Of a stretch of 64,000 bases of DNA, positions 36,401 through 48,135 are shown piece by piece. The stretch comes from Octopus sinensis (Eukaryota). The notes under the pieces were generated by a model. The model had not been told where the DNA came from, did not search any database, and worked only from the letters and a program-made list of their open reading frames with translations. The translations under genes and the position numbers were made by a program. The DNA is taken from positions 45,818,001-45,882,000 of the forward strand of contig NC_043006.1 in NCBI RefSeq assembly GCF_006345805.1, in the 5' to 3' direction. Positions within the stretch are counted from its first letter, which is position 1. Every line of letters starts with the position of its first letter.

Positions 36401-38045
36401 TCAACATTCCCGTCTTCATTCACAACAAACGAATTATCCACCGCTGGCTTCTCCCGAAGATATGCCAGTCATGGATTACTCATCACCTTCCTCCTCTTTC
36501 TCTTCACATAATGCCTACATGAACCAAAAATCTTCAAAAGATAACACTGACAGGAATATACACCCGTCTTTATTGGATGAGCAAGCAATGGGCAGTGAAA
36601 AGTTCCAATTGCTTGAGATGGGTTCTGAAGGTAATGAAGAAGCTATGCGTTACCACTGCAAACTTTGTCCCTATATGTCTAATTCTTTAAAAAGTTATAA
36701 CGTCCATTCAAGCATGCATGGCTGTGAAGGCAAATACAAATGTGATTACTGTGATTGGAGTGCTAATCGTTTAAATCTACTTAATCAACACCGCAAGGTT
36801 CATTCTAGGGAGCCAGATTTCGACCCCAATCCAGATGAACTGACATTCCTTAACAGAGAAGCTCTTTTGCAATCTACAACTGATCCGAGAAGTTGTAACA
36901 AGCTAAAAAATGTTGATGCACGTCATCTTATCAATCCAAAAACTAAGAAGTGTTACTCGTGCAAAATATGTCCATTTTCCTGCAATAATAAAAGCTCTTT
37001 TTTTCTTCATCTCGGTTTACATCGCAACCCAGCTCGCTATAAGTGTAGTCAGTGTTCTTATAGCGTCAGTCGGTGGAATCTGTTGCAACAGCATGAAAGA
37101 ACTCATTTATCTGAAAACGAAGGGTGCAATTCTGTTGATGCTAATGGTGTTCAGATGAATCCAAAAACCAGTCAGGGAACTCTCAAAGCTAGGTTGCGCT
37201 GTCCTAAGTGCCCTTATCATTGTTATGCTCCGCATTTGTTGGAGACTCACATGAAGATGCATGAAACTAGTGACCGGTGTGTATGCCACTACTGTGACTA
37301 TAGCAGTGATAACTGGGAGGTATTACAGAAACATATGGAAATTCATAACGGAGTGACCAATCTGTCGTGTTCTACTTCCAAGTTAGATTCTTCTACACTG
37401 GAACAAGCAGCTGAAGATGAGGAGTGTGACAACGAAAACTCTTTAAGAAGAAAGTACAGTAGCGAGAACGAGTGTGAGGATGGCTTTCGCTGTGACCAAT
37501 GCCCTTTCACCACACCATCCCTGGATACATTGCAACAACATGAGTCTCAACATGAAGACATTGACGACTCGACTTCCTGCAGTTACTGCCAGTTTACCTG
37601 CAGGAAAGAATCTGAAATGGAGAAACATATGACAACACATCATTACGACCAGACATATAACGAAGAAGAAGAAGAAGAAGGAGATAGGCTTGGGAGAACA
37701 GAAAACAAATCAGAAGAATGTGCAGCCGAATTAGGTTGTCGAGTTTCTGAAACTAGCCAAAATAATGATGATTGTGTAAACACTAAAATAGAAAGTAGGA
37801 GTAGTCCGACTGAAAACGAACTGAAAATTAATGAGACAGGTGAAGGTTCACCTGTTGTTGAAGAAGAAGAAGAAGAAGAAGAAGACAGCAACAATCTAAT
37901 TGATGATAGTCCAACATCTGCAAAATCAAAATTAGGTTCCACTTCTTTTGAGTGTCAGTTTTGTGATCGTGGCTTTGATGATGAAACCTCCATGCAGGAA
38001 CACGAGAAGCATCATTATAAAGCTTATGGCTCCATCCAGCAATAA
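30402..38045 (+). CDS. Large multi-C2H2 zinc-finger protein (2547 aa, about 35 fingers, mostly doublets; probable transcriptional repressor), single coding exon
   Basis: Uninterrupted ORF. The track's GTG start at 30354 follows an in-frame TGA at 30348-30350; the first ATG is at 30402 in strong Kozak context (caacATGg); TAA at 38043-38045. Many C-x2-C-x12-H-x3/4-H motifs, EKPF-type linkers, NLS-like PPKKKRRLS, PxDLS-like motifs, Asn- and Glu-rich spacers. Confidence 0.95.
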   Translation: MADIEEHSRATEDKESETQVLSVEDNSLKGGRNRICKQCKFTCKDSREFSQHQLSAHGESEDTHCIQNSVSSNKDSNNNSSNTTGNNTYRRNSAKPCSPQIGNSKPDFFINNNINNIYKMSREEDDENSDHIYRDTEDDELEDRLIIAEDQDDSFSHTPIRSGNIQNRTYICPFCDFSSTSAKVFLHHQKDIHGKDFTIYECDVCDYATKYKQKLPRHRKLHFPGLEFNSSSVGVLGPISLTGENTQDTSDIIITSEVDIRKRDEEMEDELDDEDMEIVMEDGNGIDDSQKQKTKRTRQEVDPAKYIEVMDDVGIKYSCSKCGNIYKWRKSLNKHWKEKHADEKLDGIKQISSPHNPVKLGNIKLNHEMIRKDSCEKLIYKKEGQSNGYADDGRVCHEISGVSDCVMPKMIGPFVTNSYISVYSTENGQSSGPANADQGVLDLSRKTPTSLSSNTQREPIDFSFKKEPYPSANVSGVMSIKAEPIWDNEQDMSEGGDDRKQTSPVLQCPRCSFVAKTFIDYSSHMAVHLNKRAFKCAECQQHFNCVEELNKHFAEIHVKKIHEHRDVIQKIPHGLQQTYHLLRMPLSSNEFNCTEQRQLKCSRCDFVAKWPAELQKHAVSHSEERPFICMVCGSTYKWKWDLVKHFEKSHSTLTNPYKRRATILGSNISEPTISRTADALVDSRSLDSIILPPKKKRRLSETDLTGIHSKYLDLEIRSDNLRLSRSSHSNRSSPLFFRERSSSVPPYLNNFPERIRYNERDSDDNSMTGLQITNVYSLVKDKTSISQPDSLESSSLYTSSIQSTVDRLTSCSDQFLSFEDQHKAVNAALRQRISMSSNRNKRQSSLNPSEKDRSCADILLPYKCTLCQYRARWPSEITQHMKNHSDEKPFCCPECSYKSKWKWDVVKHMKRCGGGTVKDVIDNSKMKIGPPNVVVTIREEPNDNEKMTKAQSNLLINGDANQFSFKPIIPGKMPPVTIDISDKVSTDVVDPPAKPPSVLDLRKESVSKPNPYFRDLINNGLYHCLECQFVGHSPAELKRHAYLHSEDKPYVCEVCTYSSRWKCDLKKHIRTYNHYGSGNGSQIDNIQKHSSPEAFGDVSVSEEPKVYKCNHCFFESDSKLALDQHTETHEKETMKHRCSKCNFVSDNSFIFSQHQLTHENTSTSSVPAAPPPVANTAKVSSRTRHLKNCRRPIKQYHCSKCPYVCLDDMDLVVHKEGHKPQGSNAFQCFFCDFSVHQKIQLINHLYLHPEFETSDKSKLNEILHYSQLSDVWQSNKDNEDMDLMCDDSLEYYSSSGNYDLNREKKLDANDYKREEREMEEKENRFINGMSPMRDMSLKRLQCEWCEAAFAHISTLYQHARSVHPILLQQQEYENNIKYDDLPPPPPPPNYNGVAVSQNSAFNPILPKVIQTPKKVLPTQLTKPQKNPSPGKTGGPFKCQKCPFIGASSNTYSRHMERHGSNCKHTCLYCDYSIDRLNLLHQHMRGSHGHDVKQSPLNSSASDKTSPNGSHKQEMGSRVILSTPTYIQKSDGSSESHLRPIAPKPVEGAHPEISPSLPILENGPNGKYMYRCPNCSFCSSKVANTSAHIRTHYIGSSFVDTKKYGEKIPELSYTPYLSDTTNKKFNNKLDNPMNARPLNCDCSDMSNLSKTHQPMKIPPKNMLLCLQCPFKTTTKESLQEHQEFHGYKGQYRCSECNFSVDHVNLFCDHSALHSASNYNSNQNPNNNDNNNNINSIGNNNNNNNNISSMNTSQINYRSNEEANNKNNSQKMGGDHFHPKYDNSERRGKLNLQQMLKQVKMAGRVRYKCSRCPYRTCCKNNIIKHRKQHIVNSRYKCQYCNYSAARKYLLQQHLKFHRDEASEQEKEFQDVVLDPYDENSVKTLKESSDYNKDLLTPKTFDNYNRRKKPSSGESTSVPMSLMIRANTEGDGDEQSDMLEDEEKHLSGDQSYESKRRNFHCSLCPFSCNTAVVFQRHSQFHNASLKYKCDFCNYSVDRLNLLTQHSRLHSQQTNYPPLASPEDMPVMDYSSPSSSFSSHNAYMNQKSSKDNTDRNIHPSLLDEQAMGSEKFQLLEMGSEGNEEAMRYHCKLCPYMSNSLKSYNVHSSMHGCEGKYKCDYCDWSANRLNLLNQHRKVHSREPDFDPNPDELTFLNREALLQSTTDPRSCNKLKNVDARHLINPKTKKCYSCKICPFSCNNKSSFFLHLGLHRNPARYKCSQCSYSVSRWNLLQQHERTHLSENEGCNSVDANGVQMNPKTSQGTLKARLRCPKCPYHCYAPHLLETHMKMHETSDRCVCHYCDYSSDNWEVLQKHMEIHNGVTNLSCSTSKLDSSTLEQAAEDEECDNENSLRRKYSSENECEDGFRCDQCPFTTPSLDTLQQHESQHEDIDDSTSCSYCQFTCRKESEMEKHMTTHHYDQTYNEEEEEEGDRLGRTENKSEECAAELGCRVSETSQNNDDCVNTKIESRSSPTENELKINETGEGSPVVEEEEEEEEDSNNLIDDSPTSAKSKLGSTSFECQFCDRGFDDETSMQEHEKHHYKAYGSIQQ

Positions 38046-40275
38046 CTCAATTTTATACTCACTTAACTCTCTTAAATGTTCATGGTAATCCTATAACCTG
38101 GGATAGAAGCTACCTGATGCTCATTGCATATCAGAACCCTTTAATGAGCAAAACAATTGGCTTCGACTATTTTATATTTTGTCTGATTCGGGTTTGAAAT
38201 TTACCTTGTTCTTGTGGTAATTAACAAATCAAGACGTGGCAAGTCTCTAACAAAATCACTCCATTTCGTTCTCGGTAAGAAATGGTTTATCCTTTGAATT
38301 AAGTCCGCTTCTCCGACATGATTACTTCCCTTTCGCGTGATGCCACCAAGCAATTTTTCTTTTCCATTTTTTTTTTATAACTTAATTACATTCCTTCTGT
38401 GTTTAGCCTATGAAGAAAAATTTTTTAAAAAATATAAACATTCTGTCTTATCTTGCACAGTTTGCTCAAGAGAGATGCTTCATTTGTGAACAAGAACAAA
38501 AAAACAAAACTTTCTGTTTTATTTTAGAATCATTGTAAAGCACTTGCTTCTTTTTTTTTCCCCTCACTCTCACATCATATTTCACTGATACTAACAAATT
38601 TTTAAACAATATTTTTAGCCTCTTTACTTGGTATGAAGAAACCTCTAAACTTGCAATGGTAGTGTTGTCATAATGGTTCTTAAAACAAGATTAATATTGA
38701 TTAAGAATCTGGTGCCAATTTTACGTGACTTTCAACATGGCACAAATTTTAAAGTTAACCGAACGGAATTTTAACGTTAACCAAAATTTTCTCTATCCTG
38801 CTGCAGAACTTAATGAAAATGAAATATAAGTATTTTAGGATTACAAATACATATGTTTATAGCAGACAGGCTTTTACCATCTTATTGAAGATAATTCTGA
38901 GACCAGACTATTGATTCATGTAGATGTTTGGAGTTTTTAAAAGTTATTCTTAAAAATAATGATACAGACAGACAAACAAGCATTAAAAAAAAACTGTGGT
39001 GAATCAAATTAGATTTCCTAAATCAAAATTTTTTGAAGAATTACAGTCAGTCTGAAAAGAATAATGCTATTAATAGCCATTGTTATATTAAAAGAATTGA
39101 AATTCTGCAACTGATGTCAAGTGATTAAATGCTAAAGAATGATGATTAAAATACAAGAGTAAAAGTTCCCTGGAATATTCTGAAATTTTAGGTTGCATTT
39201 TTGGTATCTGCAGTCAGAATTACAGGACACTTGTGTATGTATATATATGTATGTATAAATTACTTGAAAAGTCTGTTGAATTTTTTTGGATTATTGGCAA
39301 AACAAAATATTAGAGCATACAATTTTTGGCAGTATTCTTTGAAGCAGAATAATTTCAACAATGATACAAATCTTCAAGCCAAGAATCTAAAAAAAATCTA
39401 GAAAAAAAAATGATAAAAATTCTGCAAGTTCTACAGACTTAGGCGTAAAAAAAAAAAGAAAAAAGAAAAAGGAAACCTAACAATTTAATAAACTTCTTTG
39501 CAGATTATTTTGTAAATGCTGTTATTACACATTTAGTGCCTTTGCAATGCATCAGGGAAGTGATTTGAAGAAAATAATTTTTTTTTTGTCTTTTTGAATT
39601 TTTGAGGAAAAAAAACCCAAACACAAAAAAAAAAACAACAGAAAAATGTTAAAAATAAACAAACTAATAGAATCACAAATATAAATAGAAAAATGAAAAA
39701 AAAAATTGAATGAATGAAGAGAAAATATTAAAAAAAAAGCAACAAAGAAATAAAAAAAAGAAGAAACTTTGTAAAACTAACCACATTCCACTTGAAATCT
39801 GAAACATATCTGACAGTTGATTGTAAGATAGAAGAATATTAGAATTTGGTTGATTGTTATTGCTACTATTAGTGCTGACTTTTCTACAGACCTTCATTGT
39901 TTTAATTCTGTCATTATTATTATTATTGGTAAATTTTAGAATTTTTTTTTAAAAACCATTTTCATTTTTTTCCACCTCCAGCGAGGTGGGGAAAATTCCT
40001 CCTTCGTCCTCCTTAAAAAAATTATGCACCCATACACACAAACACAAAAAAACCCCACAAAACAATTATATATTTTTCTTTGACAATTTTTAATTCCTTT
40101 TCACCATTCCATCATGTTTGCATGTGTGTGTGTGTGTATGTGTGTGATCAGTTGCTGCTTCCAACTGCTGGCTCTTCAGTGGTGCCAAGCTCACAAACAA
40201 CTGATATATATATATATATAGAGGTGTGTGTCTTTATGTATGTAAAAATAAATGTACATGTATTTATGTGTGTTG

Positions 40276-40307
<32 letters not shown>

Positions 40308-40349
40308 TTGTTTTATGTATAGTTGATATGAAAAGTCAAACACTAATTG

Positions 40350-40388
<39 letters not shown>

Positions 40389-41400
40389 TAAATACATGCT
40401 TTGGTTTTTTTAAATGACTAGTTTTTTTTACCTTTTATGCATTTATTTACATTATTCTACTAAATCTTTCCAATCAGTTATTCATATTTATGTACGTGTG
40501 TGTGTGTGTGTGTACATGTGCCATTTTACGCATTCATATCTTAGTTTGATTTGTGTTCACACATACACACGCACTCACACCCATATATAACTCTCCGTGT
40601 ACTGGATGTGTTATATGAATGTGTGTGTGTGTGTGTGTATTACATATATGTATATATAGTCTGTATTTTAAACATATATACCCAGCTCAGCATAGTAAGT
40701 TCTCTGCCTCTGGGAAGTTTGATATTTTTTTCTCTGTGTTATAGAATAAATAATTGTTCAAGTTTTTCACAACATTCCACTTTGGTGAGAGTTAGCCTTT
40801 TTCAAAGTTAATTCATCATATTATCTCATTAAAGTTAATGAAATGATAACTTTTTTTCCCCTATCTCTCTGTCCTTTTCAAAGAAAAAAAAAGGTACATT
40901 CCAATTTCATCTTTGAAAGATGAATATTAAATGCATAGTTTCTAAATATCTTTCAGGTTCTTTGAATCTAAAAAGAAAACATGTTACTTAATGTAGAATC
41001 GAGAGCAGCTAAACTGTTTTAAACAGCAGTGAAAATATTTCAAGTTGGACGATGACATTAAAATGTGGACAAAATACAACACACACACTCTGTCTGTTTG
41101 TCTGTCTGTCTCTCTTTGATACGCACACACACACACACACACACGAACTCAAATCTCATTATTTTTAACATTAATAATCAAAATATTTCAATAATTATCA
41201 GTCGTCACGAACATGTTAACATCGTTCATTTCTGTTGCCCATATTTTCATTTATTTAATTTTTATATTTTTTAAGCAATTTCTTTTCCTTTCTATAACAA
41301 CAATTTTAGGGAAAGTATTCTTTAAGCTCATTCTCCTTTTTTTTTTTTTTCATTTTCACTTGGGAGTGGTGGATAGGTAGAATAGACAGATTGGTGAATG
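38046..41400 (+). other. Probable long 3' UTR of the zinc-finger gene
   Basis: More than 3 kb free of the otherwise ubiquitous SINEs, A/U-rich, with AATAAA hexamers near 39654, 40247 and 40745. The true end cannot be determined. Confidence 0.45.
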
Positions 41401-42931
41401 ATATGCCTTCATTTTGTTCATTCCTTTTCACATCTGTTTCTCTCCTCCACTTCATGCCACATAGGTTAGACAATTATAATTATGTTCTATGTAATTATGT
41501 CCCTTTGCAGTCCAAGTTAGCATTTGGCTGGCTCGTCTTTGCTTTTCTTCTGTGAGGTTCAGTAAAATGAATTCGCTGTCAGATACTGATGTCAATTTAA
41601 TTAATTTCAGCCCCCTCCATCACTGTAGTATGTAACTGTTTCATCATTATTTACTGTCCACTTTTCCATGCATGCATGGATGGGTCAGATAGAATTAGTT
41701 GAGGTGGATTTTGCTATGGCTGGGATGCCTTACCCAATGCCAACCTTCAACTCTTTCCAGGTTAGATAAACACCTTCCTATAGCTAGACATGTTTTTCAC
41801 AGAAGACTGGAGACAAACGACTTTGCTTGTATGACAGTGATGTTCATTTACAACTATTTCATGGTGTCTAGACAAGGTTACACACAAACACACACACATA
41901 CATGCACACAATCAGCCTCTTCCAGTTTTTGTCTACCAAATCCACTCACAAGACTTTGGTTGGGGCTATAGTAAAAGGTAATTTTCCAAGGTGTTGCACA
42001 TTGGGACTGAACCTAAGACAAAGTGGTTGAGAAGCAAGCTTCTTAACCACACAGCCATGGGTTGCACCTCTACCTATTTAAAAATTTACCACCTTAGTAT
42101 AGCAGTTAGATTAGCAGGATTAGGAGAGTGACAGATTAACATTCCTTGCAGGCTGATGATCTTTTATGGGTTTCAAATCCTGATGATTCTTGACTTGACT
42201 TTTCATTCTTCCAAAGTTGGTAAAACAAGTTTCAGTCAAGTATTCAGCTTAATTAATCAATTAGACTTCTCTTTTAAAATGTCTGGTCTTGTACCTGTAA
42301 CAAAACATTAAGAAATACATTTTTATACTGGTTTTTCCATATTTCTGTCTCGATCAACTCACTTCTTTTTGCTAATCTTTACTCACTTTTTCATTAATCT
42401 TTACTCACTTTTTTCATTAATCTTTGCTCTTTTGCTTGTTTTAGTCACAGAGACTGTGGTCATGCAGGAGAGCTACTATGAAGAATTTTAGTTGAACGAG
42501 TCAATCCTTTTATCAGTCTCTTTTCCCGAACCACTAAGTTACAGGAACATAAACACAAGCATATATTTGATAGGTATCTTTCAGTTTCCATCTACCAAAT
42601 CCTCTCACAAGACTTTGGTTAACCCAAGGCTATAATAGAATGCTCTTGCCTGAGGTGCCATGCTTGGGAACTGAACCTAGAACCATGTGATTGGGAACCA
42701 AAAGTTTTACTACACAGCAATATCTTCACCTAATTTTTAATTTCTCATTGCAAAACAATTAATTCCTTCAGTTAATTATTTTGAATTATTTTTTCTATTT
42801 CCTATTGTTGATAATTGAACTGTGCATCATTTATCTACAACTTGTATCTAGATTTATACAAACCCAAACTGATATCATAATCCACATTCCATTTTATAAC
42901 CTTCTCTTTATGAAATTAGGTACCTGTCTAA

Positions 42932-42962
<31 letters not shown>

Positions 42963-42967
<5 letters not shown>

Positions 42968-43156
42968 TCAAAGTGTACAGTATTATATATTCATTACAAC
43001 TGATCTTACCAATCGGTTTTGTGCTAGGCATTCAATGGAGTGTTAGATAACAGACCGGTTATATAACCCTGCACTCATCAGAGGTAGCCATTATGGAATG
43101 AAATATGGGTAAGATTGGATGTAATGATATATAATACTGTACAGTTTGATTGATAT
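42963..43156 (-). mobile_element. Penelope-like remnant: about 45-bp imperfect inverted repeats around a decayed hammerhead
   Basis: Minus strand CUGAUGA-GUGC...GCAC-aAAA-CCGAUUGG-UA; arms about 42967-43010 and 43108-43150; next to (TA)n. Confidence 0.5.
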
Positions 43157-43634
43157 ATCTACTCTATTGAAAGATACAAGTGCATTTTTTCTTGACTTAT
43201 GGACTATTAGACGACTTCTATATATATGTATATATATAGATAGATACAATACACATGAATCTATTCAGTAGAATTTTAGTTCACCTATGTGTGATATTAC
43301 TGAAAGTGCACAACAACTGAATAGGTAGTCAGTGCTATGACTTTATTTTTGTGCAAATATAATATATATTGAATGTATGCATGTACACACATGCATACAT
43401 TGTGTGTGTGTGTGTGTGTTTTTGATCAATCTGTATGTCTTGATTTTGGGGCTGTGCTGTTTGCCATTGCAAAAAGCCTCATTAAATTCAGCATTTATGG
43501 GTCTTCTTAGACTGTTATGTTGTTGCTTGAATGGTTAAGATAGTGAGCCACTGATAGAGGTGTTGTCATCATGAGATCCTCTCTGCCAAACAGTCACTTC
43601 ACTGTAGTCAAGGTATTTCATTCTTAGCATTATA

Positions 43635-43669
<35 letters not shown>

Positions 43670-44039
43670 AGATTTTAAAGATCAAAACCATATGATTGAA
43701 GCAGAGTACACAAAGTATGATGTATGTACTCTCTTTCAAACTGTCTCATAAATATGGAAGGTATTAAAATATTATTTGTATGTTTTTCATGAAGGAAACT
43801 CACACACACACACTCTCTCTCTCTCTCTCAGATGACTTTGTCAGTAATAGTTCAACCTAAATGTGGTTTTATCTTCAGTTCCAGAAGGTCTGCAAGCATA
43901 ACTTAATTTGGAGATTTGATTCCGTACACCAACAATCTCAGCACTAGCTCCTTGTTTTATAGTTAACTCCATGTGAATGTAAACTGGTGTGTTAATAAAT
44001 GGACAAGGTCTTAGTAAGTGAAGTTCTACTTTGTGCTCT

Positions 44040-44430
44040 TAATGTACAAGTGGTCGAGTACTCCACAGACATGAATACCTATAACATAGTTCTCAGGGAG
44101 ATTCAGCGTAACACAGTGTCTGACAAGCCTGGCCCTTTCTATTACAAGTACACTCCATTTTTGCCAGTGAATGGACTAATGTACAAGTGGTCGAGTACTC
44201 CACAGACACGAATACCCTTAACGTAGTTCTCAGGGTGATTCAGCGTAACACAGTGTCTGACAAGCCTGGCCCTTTCTATTACAAGTACACTCCATTTTTG
44301 CCAGTGAATGGACTGGAGCAATGTGATATAATCCTTGCTCTGGAACAAACACGATGCACAACCAAGAATTGAACTCATAACCATACAGTCATGAGCTGAA
44401 TGTCCTAACCACCAAGTCAAACACCTTCGT
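44040..44430 (-). mobile_element. tRNA-headed SINE with a 137-bp tandem duplication of its 3' part
   Basis: Head on the minus strand (tggtggttagg...gagttcaattc); repeat units start at 44040 and 44177. Confidence 0.65.
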
Positions 44431-45012
44431 TCTCTAAAAATGTGTAGTTAATTCAGGCACTTCATTACAAGTAGTATTTAATAGTCTTGAACAAGGGAAT
44501 TAACTCAATCCGCCTCTCTTTACTGAGGCAGAAAATAGTGTTTAGTATTGGAAATAAATGTCTTGAAAAAGTTATTCATTCATTCACCCAACATTGCAAG
44601 CAAATAGAATATCTTAATTATAACAGTTTATGATTCTCATCATATATCTCTAGTTATTAATATCATTGATTCTGACATTCTTTTATTCTTTTTTGTCTTT
44701 TGTGTGTGTGTCTGTTTGATAATGAGATTCTTGAAGAGTTTTGTCTGATACAAACACTGTTTGTAAAGCTGATTAAATGAGGTTGGTTTTAAATTTACTG
44801 TACTGTGAAAGAAAAATTAAATAAATAAATGTTAGGGGTCCCTCAAATAATTTTTAACTGATTTGAAATGATTTAGCTTTGTATGAAACACGACAATATT
44901 TTTAAAGAATTTGAGTGCTTAAAGCATGAATATTCTTGGATCCATTTATATGTTAATTATTCTATTAGAGATAGAAATTATGATTTTTTTATCCATGAGT
45001 CGAGGTTAATAA

Positions 45013-45048
<36 letters not shown>

Positions 45049-45674
45049 ATAGTATAAATTATGATAAACAAGTCTGTATCATTTGTACATCTAGCTGTAC
45101 ACACAAGATACACTATATTTATATATAGTGTGTGTGTGTATGTGTATATATATATATACACACACATTATATGTATGTACACACACATATATATACATAT
45201 ATAATATATACGTGCATGTATGTAGATATATGTAAATATGTGTGTGTTTTTTACTTCTTGGCAGGGCAGAGTTGATCAAACGAGATACCAGTTATATACC
45301 TGGACCAGGTATATTACACTTTATGCATTCACTCACTCTCTCTCTTTCCCCTAACACCATAAACTTGTGCCTCTTTTTATATGACCATCCACCATTTGCA
45401 GTGATTCTTGGTGGATATTTTCCCAGGGTTTATCTCATCAAAATCATTTCAACTTTTATTTTTCACCCAATGGCCTTCCATTCACTCTGTTCTCTGGTTT
45501 TGTTTTTCTACCAGGATTTCCATGAATAGGATGATATACACCTCACCTTTATTCTTTTATTTGTTTGTCATTTGACTCTGGCCATGCTGGAGCTGTCCTT
45601 TGTTTTTTAAACAACAAAGTAGTATTAGTGTTCCTTTCAATGAATAATGGTAATAATGCCGTTTTTTTTCTTTT

Positions 45675-45900
45675 TCCTTCATTTCAGTCATTTGACTGCA
45701 GCCATGCTGGAGCACTGCCTTAGTTTTTTTTTTAGTCAAAGAAATGAGCCCCAGGACTTATTCTTTGTAAGCCTAGTACTTATTCTATCAGTTTCTTTTG
45801 CTGAATCACAGTTACAGGGATGTAAACACACCGACATCAGTTGTCAAGTGAAGGTGGGAGGAACAAACATAGACGCACATACACACACACAAATATATAC

Positions 45901-45945
<45 letters not shown>

Positions 45946-46157
45946 TACATACATACATACATACATATATATATATGCATACATACATTTATAAAATGGG
46001 CTTCTTTTCAGTTTCCATCTACCAAATCCACTCACAAGGCTTTGGTTGACCTGAGGCTACAGTCAAAGACACTTGCCCAAAGTGCCACACAGTGGGACTG
46101 AACCTGGAACCATGTGGTTGGGAAGCAAGCTTCTTACCACACAGCCACACCTGCACC
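45675..46157 (-). mobile_element. SINE family A copy
   Basis: Full-length reverse-complement match. Confidence 0.8.
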
Positions 46158-46750
46158 AATATTTATTAGATTTTCATAAATAAGACACAAGTTTGTGAAA
46201 GTCAGAGACAACTATTGTCTAATTTAAACTTAGAAGCTAAAGACCAACTTAGATATAGCTATGATAATAATGAAATTATTGTATACAGTGGTCAGGTGTA
46301 CTACAGTTTATTAGAAAAAGTAGCCAAAACTACATGAACAGTACATAGAATAGAGTAAGGGAAAAAAGGCAGCAATGAGAACATCAGGTGTACTGTTGTT
46401 GTATTTCAGTGTCCCAATAAGTTATATATATATATATATATATATGAGTTCTAATGTCATATTCTCTGCCAAAGCATTTTAAATTATCTAAGAGTGGGAT
46501 TAAAGTTGGTTTGTATTATTTATAAAGCTATTACATTTTAGTTTTTAACTAGTTATGTTTGCAAGTTCCAATTTAACCAGATTTGTTTAACAATCTTTTA
46601 AGTCTTCATTAAATTCCTGTTTGCCAAGTGATATTCCATGATAAAAAAACAAAACAAAACATTATCAGTTTCAGCAAGTGTATAGATTGAATTCTTTGTC
46701 ATAGTCTTCATAGTTCTTATCTTGCTACAGCACAAGGGGATTTATTAAAC

Positions 46751-46782
<32 letters not shown>

Positions 46783-46831
46783 ATACTAGGTGTCCTAAAA
46801 GTTACAATGTGCTTTTAATTTCTGGACTGCC

Positions 46832-46881
<50 letters not shown>

Positions 46882-46962
46882 ACTAGGTGTCCCAAAATTC
46901 ACAATGTTTTAATTTCTAGAACACCCTCTGTGTGTATGTATGTATGTTTGTGTATATGTATA

Positions 46963-47029
<67 letters not shown>

Positions 47030-47166
47030 TATATAAATACTAGGTGTCCCAAAATTCACAATGTTTTAATTTCTAGAACACCCTCTGTATGTATGTATGT
47101 TTGTGTATATATATATACTGGGTGTCCCAAAAAGTCAATGTTTTAATTTCTGGAATGCCCTCTGTA
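46783..47166. repeat. Four about-50-bp mini-elements with mariner-like ends separated by TG/TA microsatellites
   Basis: tactaggtgtcccaaaa...tttctagaacaccctctgt repeated four times. Confidence 0.65.
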
Positions 47167-47529
47167 TATGTGTGTGTGTGTGTGTGTAATATATATATGT
47201 ATAAAATCTCCTATCCTACTTCATCCCTGCCTCCATTAAGGGACACTCTTACCTCTTCTTTTTCTCTTTGTTTTTTTCTTTTATTTCTCCTCTTTTCCCT
47301 TTTATTTCATTTTTTTCCCCTCCACCATTTTACCCTATGACACGGAATCCTAAGTATAGATGTGTAAATTCCATCATTTTCTCAGTCATTCATTACTTGT
47401 CCGAAGACCCCATGCACCCACAAACAAGACTCAGAGTAGCAGGAGACTAGATTGACCATAACAGAAATATTATTAATCTCTGCTATTGTATTGAGTACTT
47501 TTTTCTTCCAACACTCAACCCGGCTTTGG

Positions 47530-47573
<44 letters not shown>

Positions 47574-47727
47574 TAATACAAGACCCACATTATACCCCTC
47601 ACTCGCATCATTATCGAACAAAGAGTTTAACTACGGTCTGTCCATAGCACTTGCTGTTACCTGACACTCTTTGGGCCTTCTAGATACCAATACCTCTCAT
47701 GTATGCATATATATATAATATATATAT

Positions 47728-47758
<31 letters not shown>

Positions 47759-48098
47759 TACTAATATATATATATATATAGCAGCAGACTAGCAAGAAAT
47801 GGTACAGTAAAAACTTTACTCATAAGGGTGCCGTTCTTCCAACCAGCAATTAACTAAAAGACAACATTCCATTGTTACGATTTATTTCATTCTTCCACCT
47901 TTTGGTTTTTTCTGTTTAGCCTTCGTTATCGGTTGTATATTTTATCTCAAAGTGCAGCCATTTCCTTATTACTTTGTTGTTTTACATTGTTGACTAATAG
48001 AAATATCTTCTCAACTTCGTGTAGAGAACCATTTCTTGAGCATGACTTCCAATATTCTCTCCACACTCATGTGTGTACATGCGTAATAGATATATATA

Positions 48099-48129
<31 letters not shown>

Positions 48130-48135
<6 letters not shown>

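Noticed and set aside
37643-37942. Antisense ORFs overlapping the zinc-finger CDS
   Set aside because: Short shadow frames of the main ORF with no independent features.
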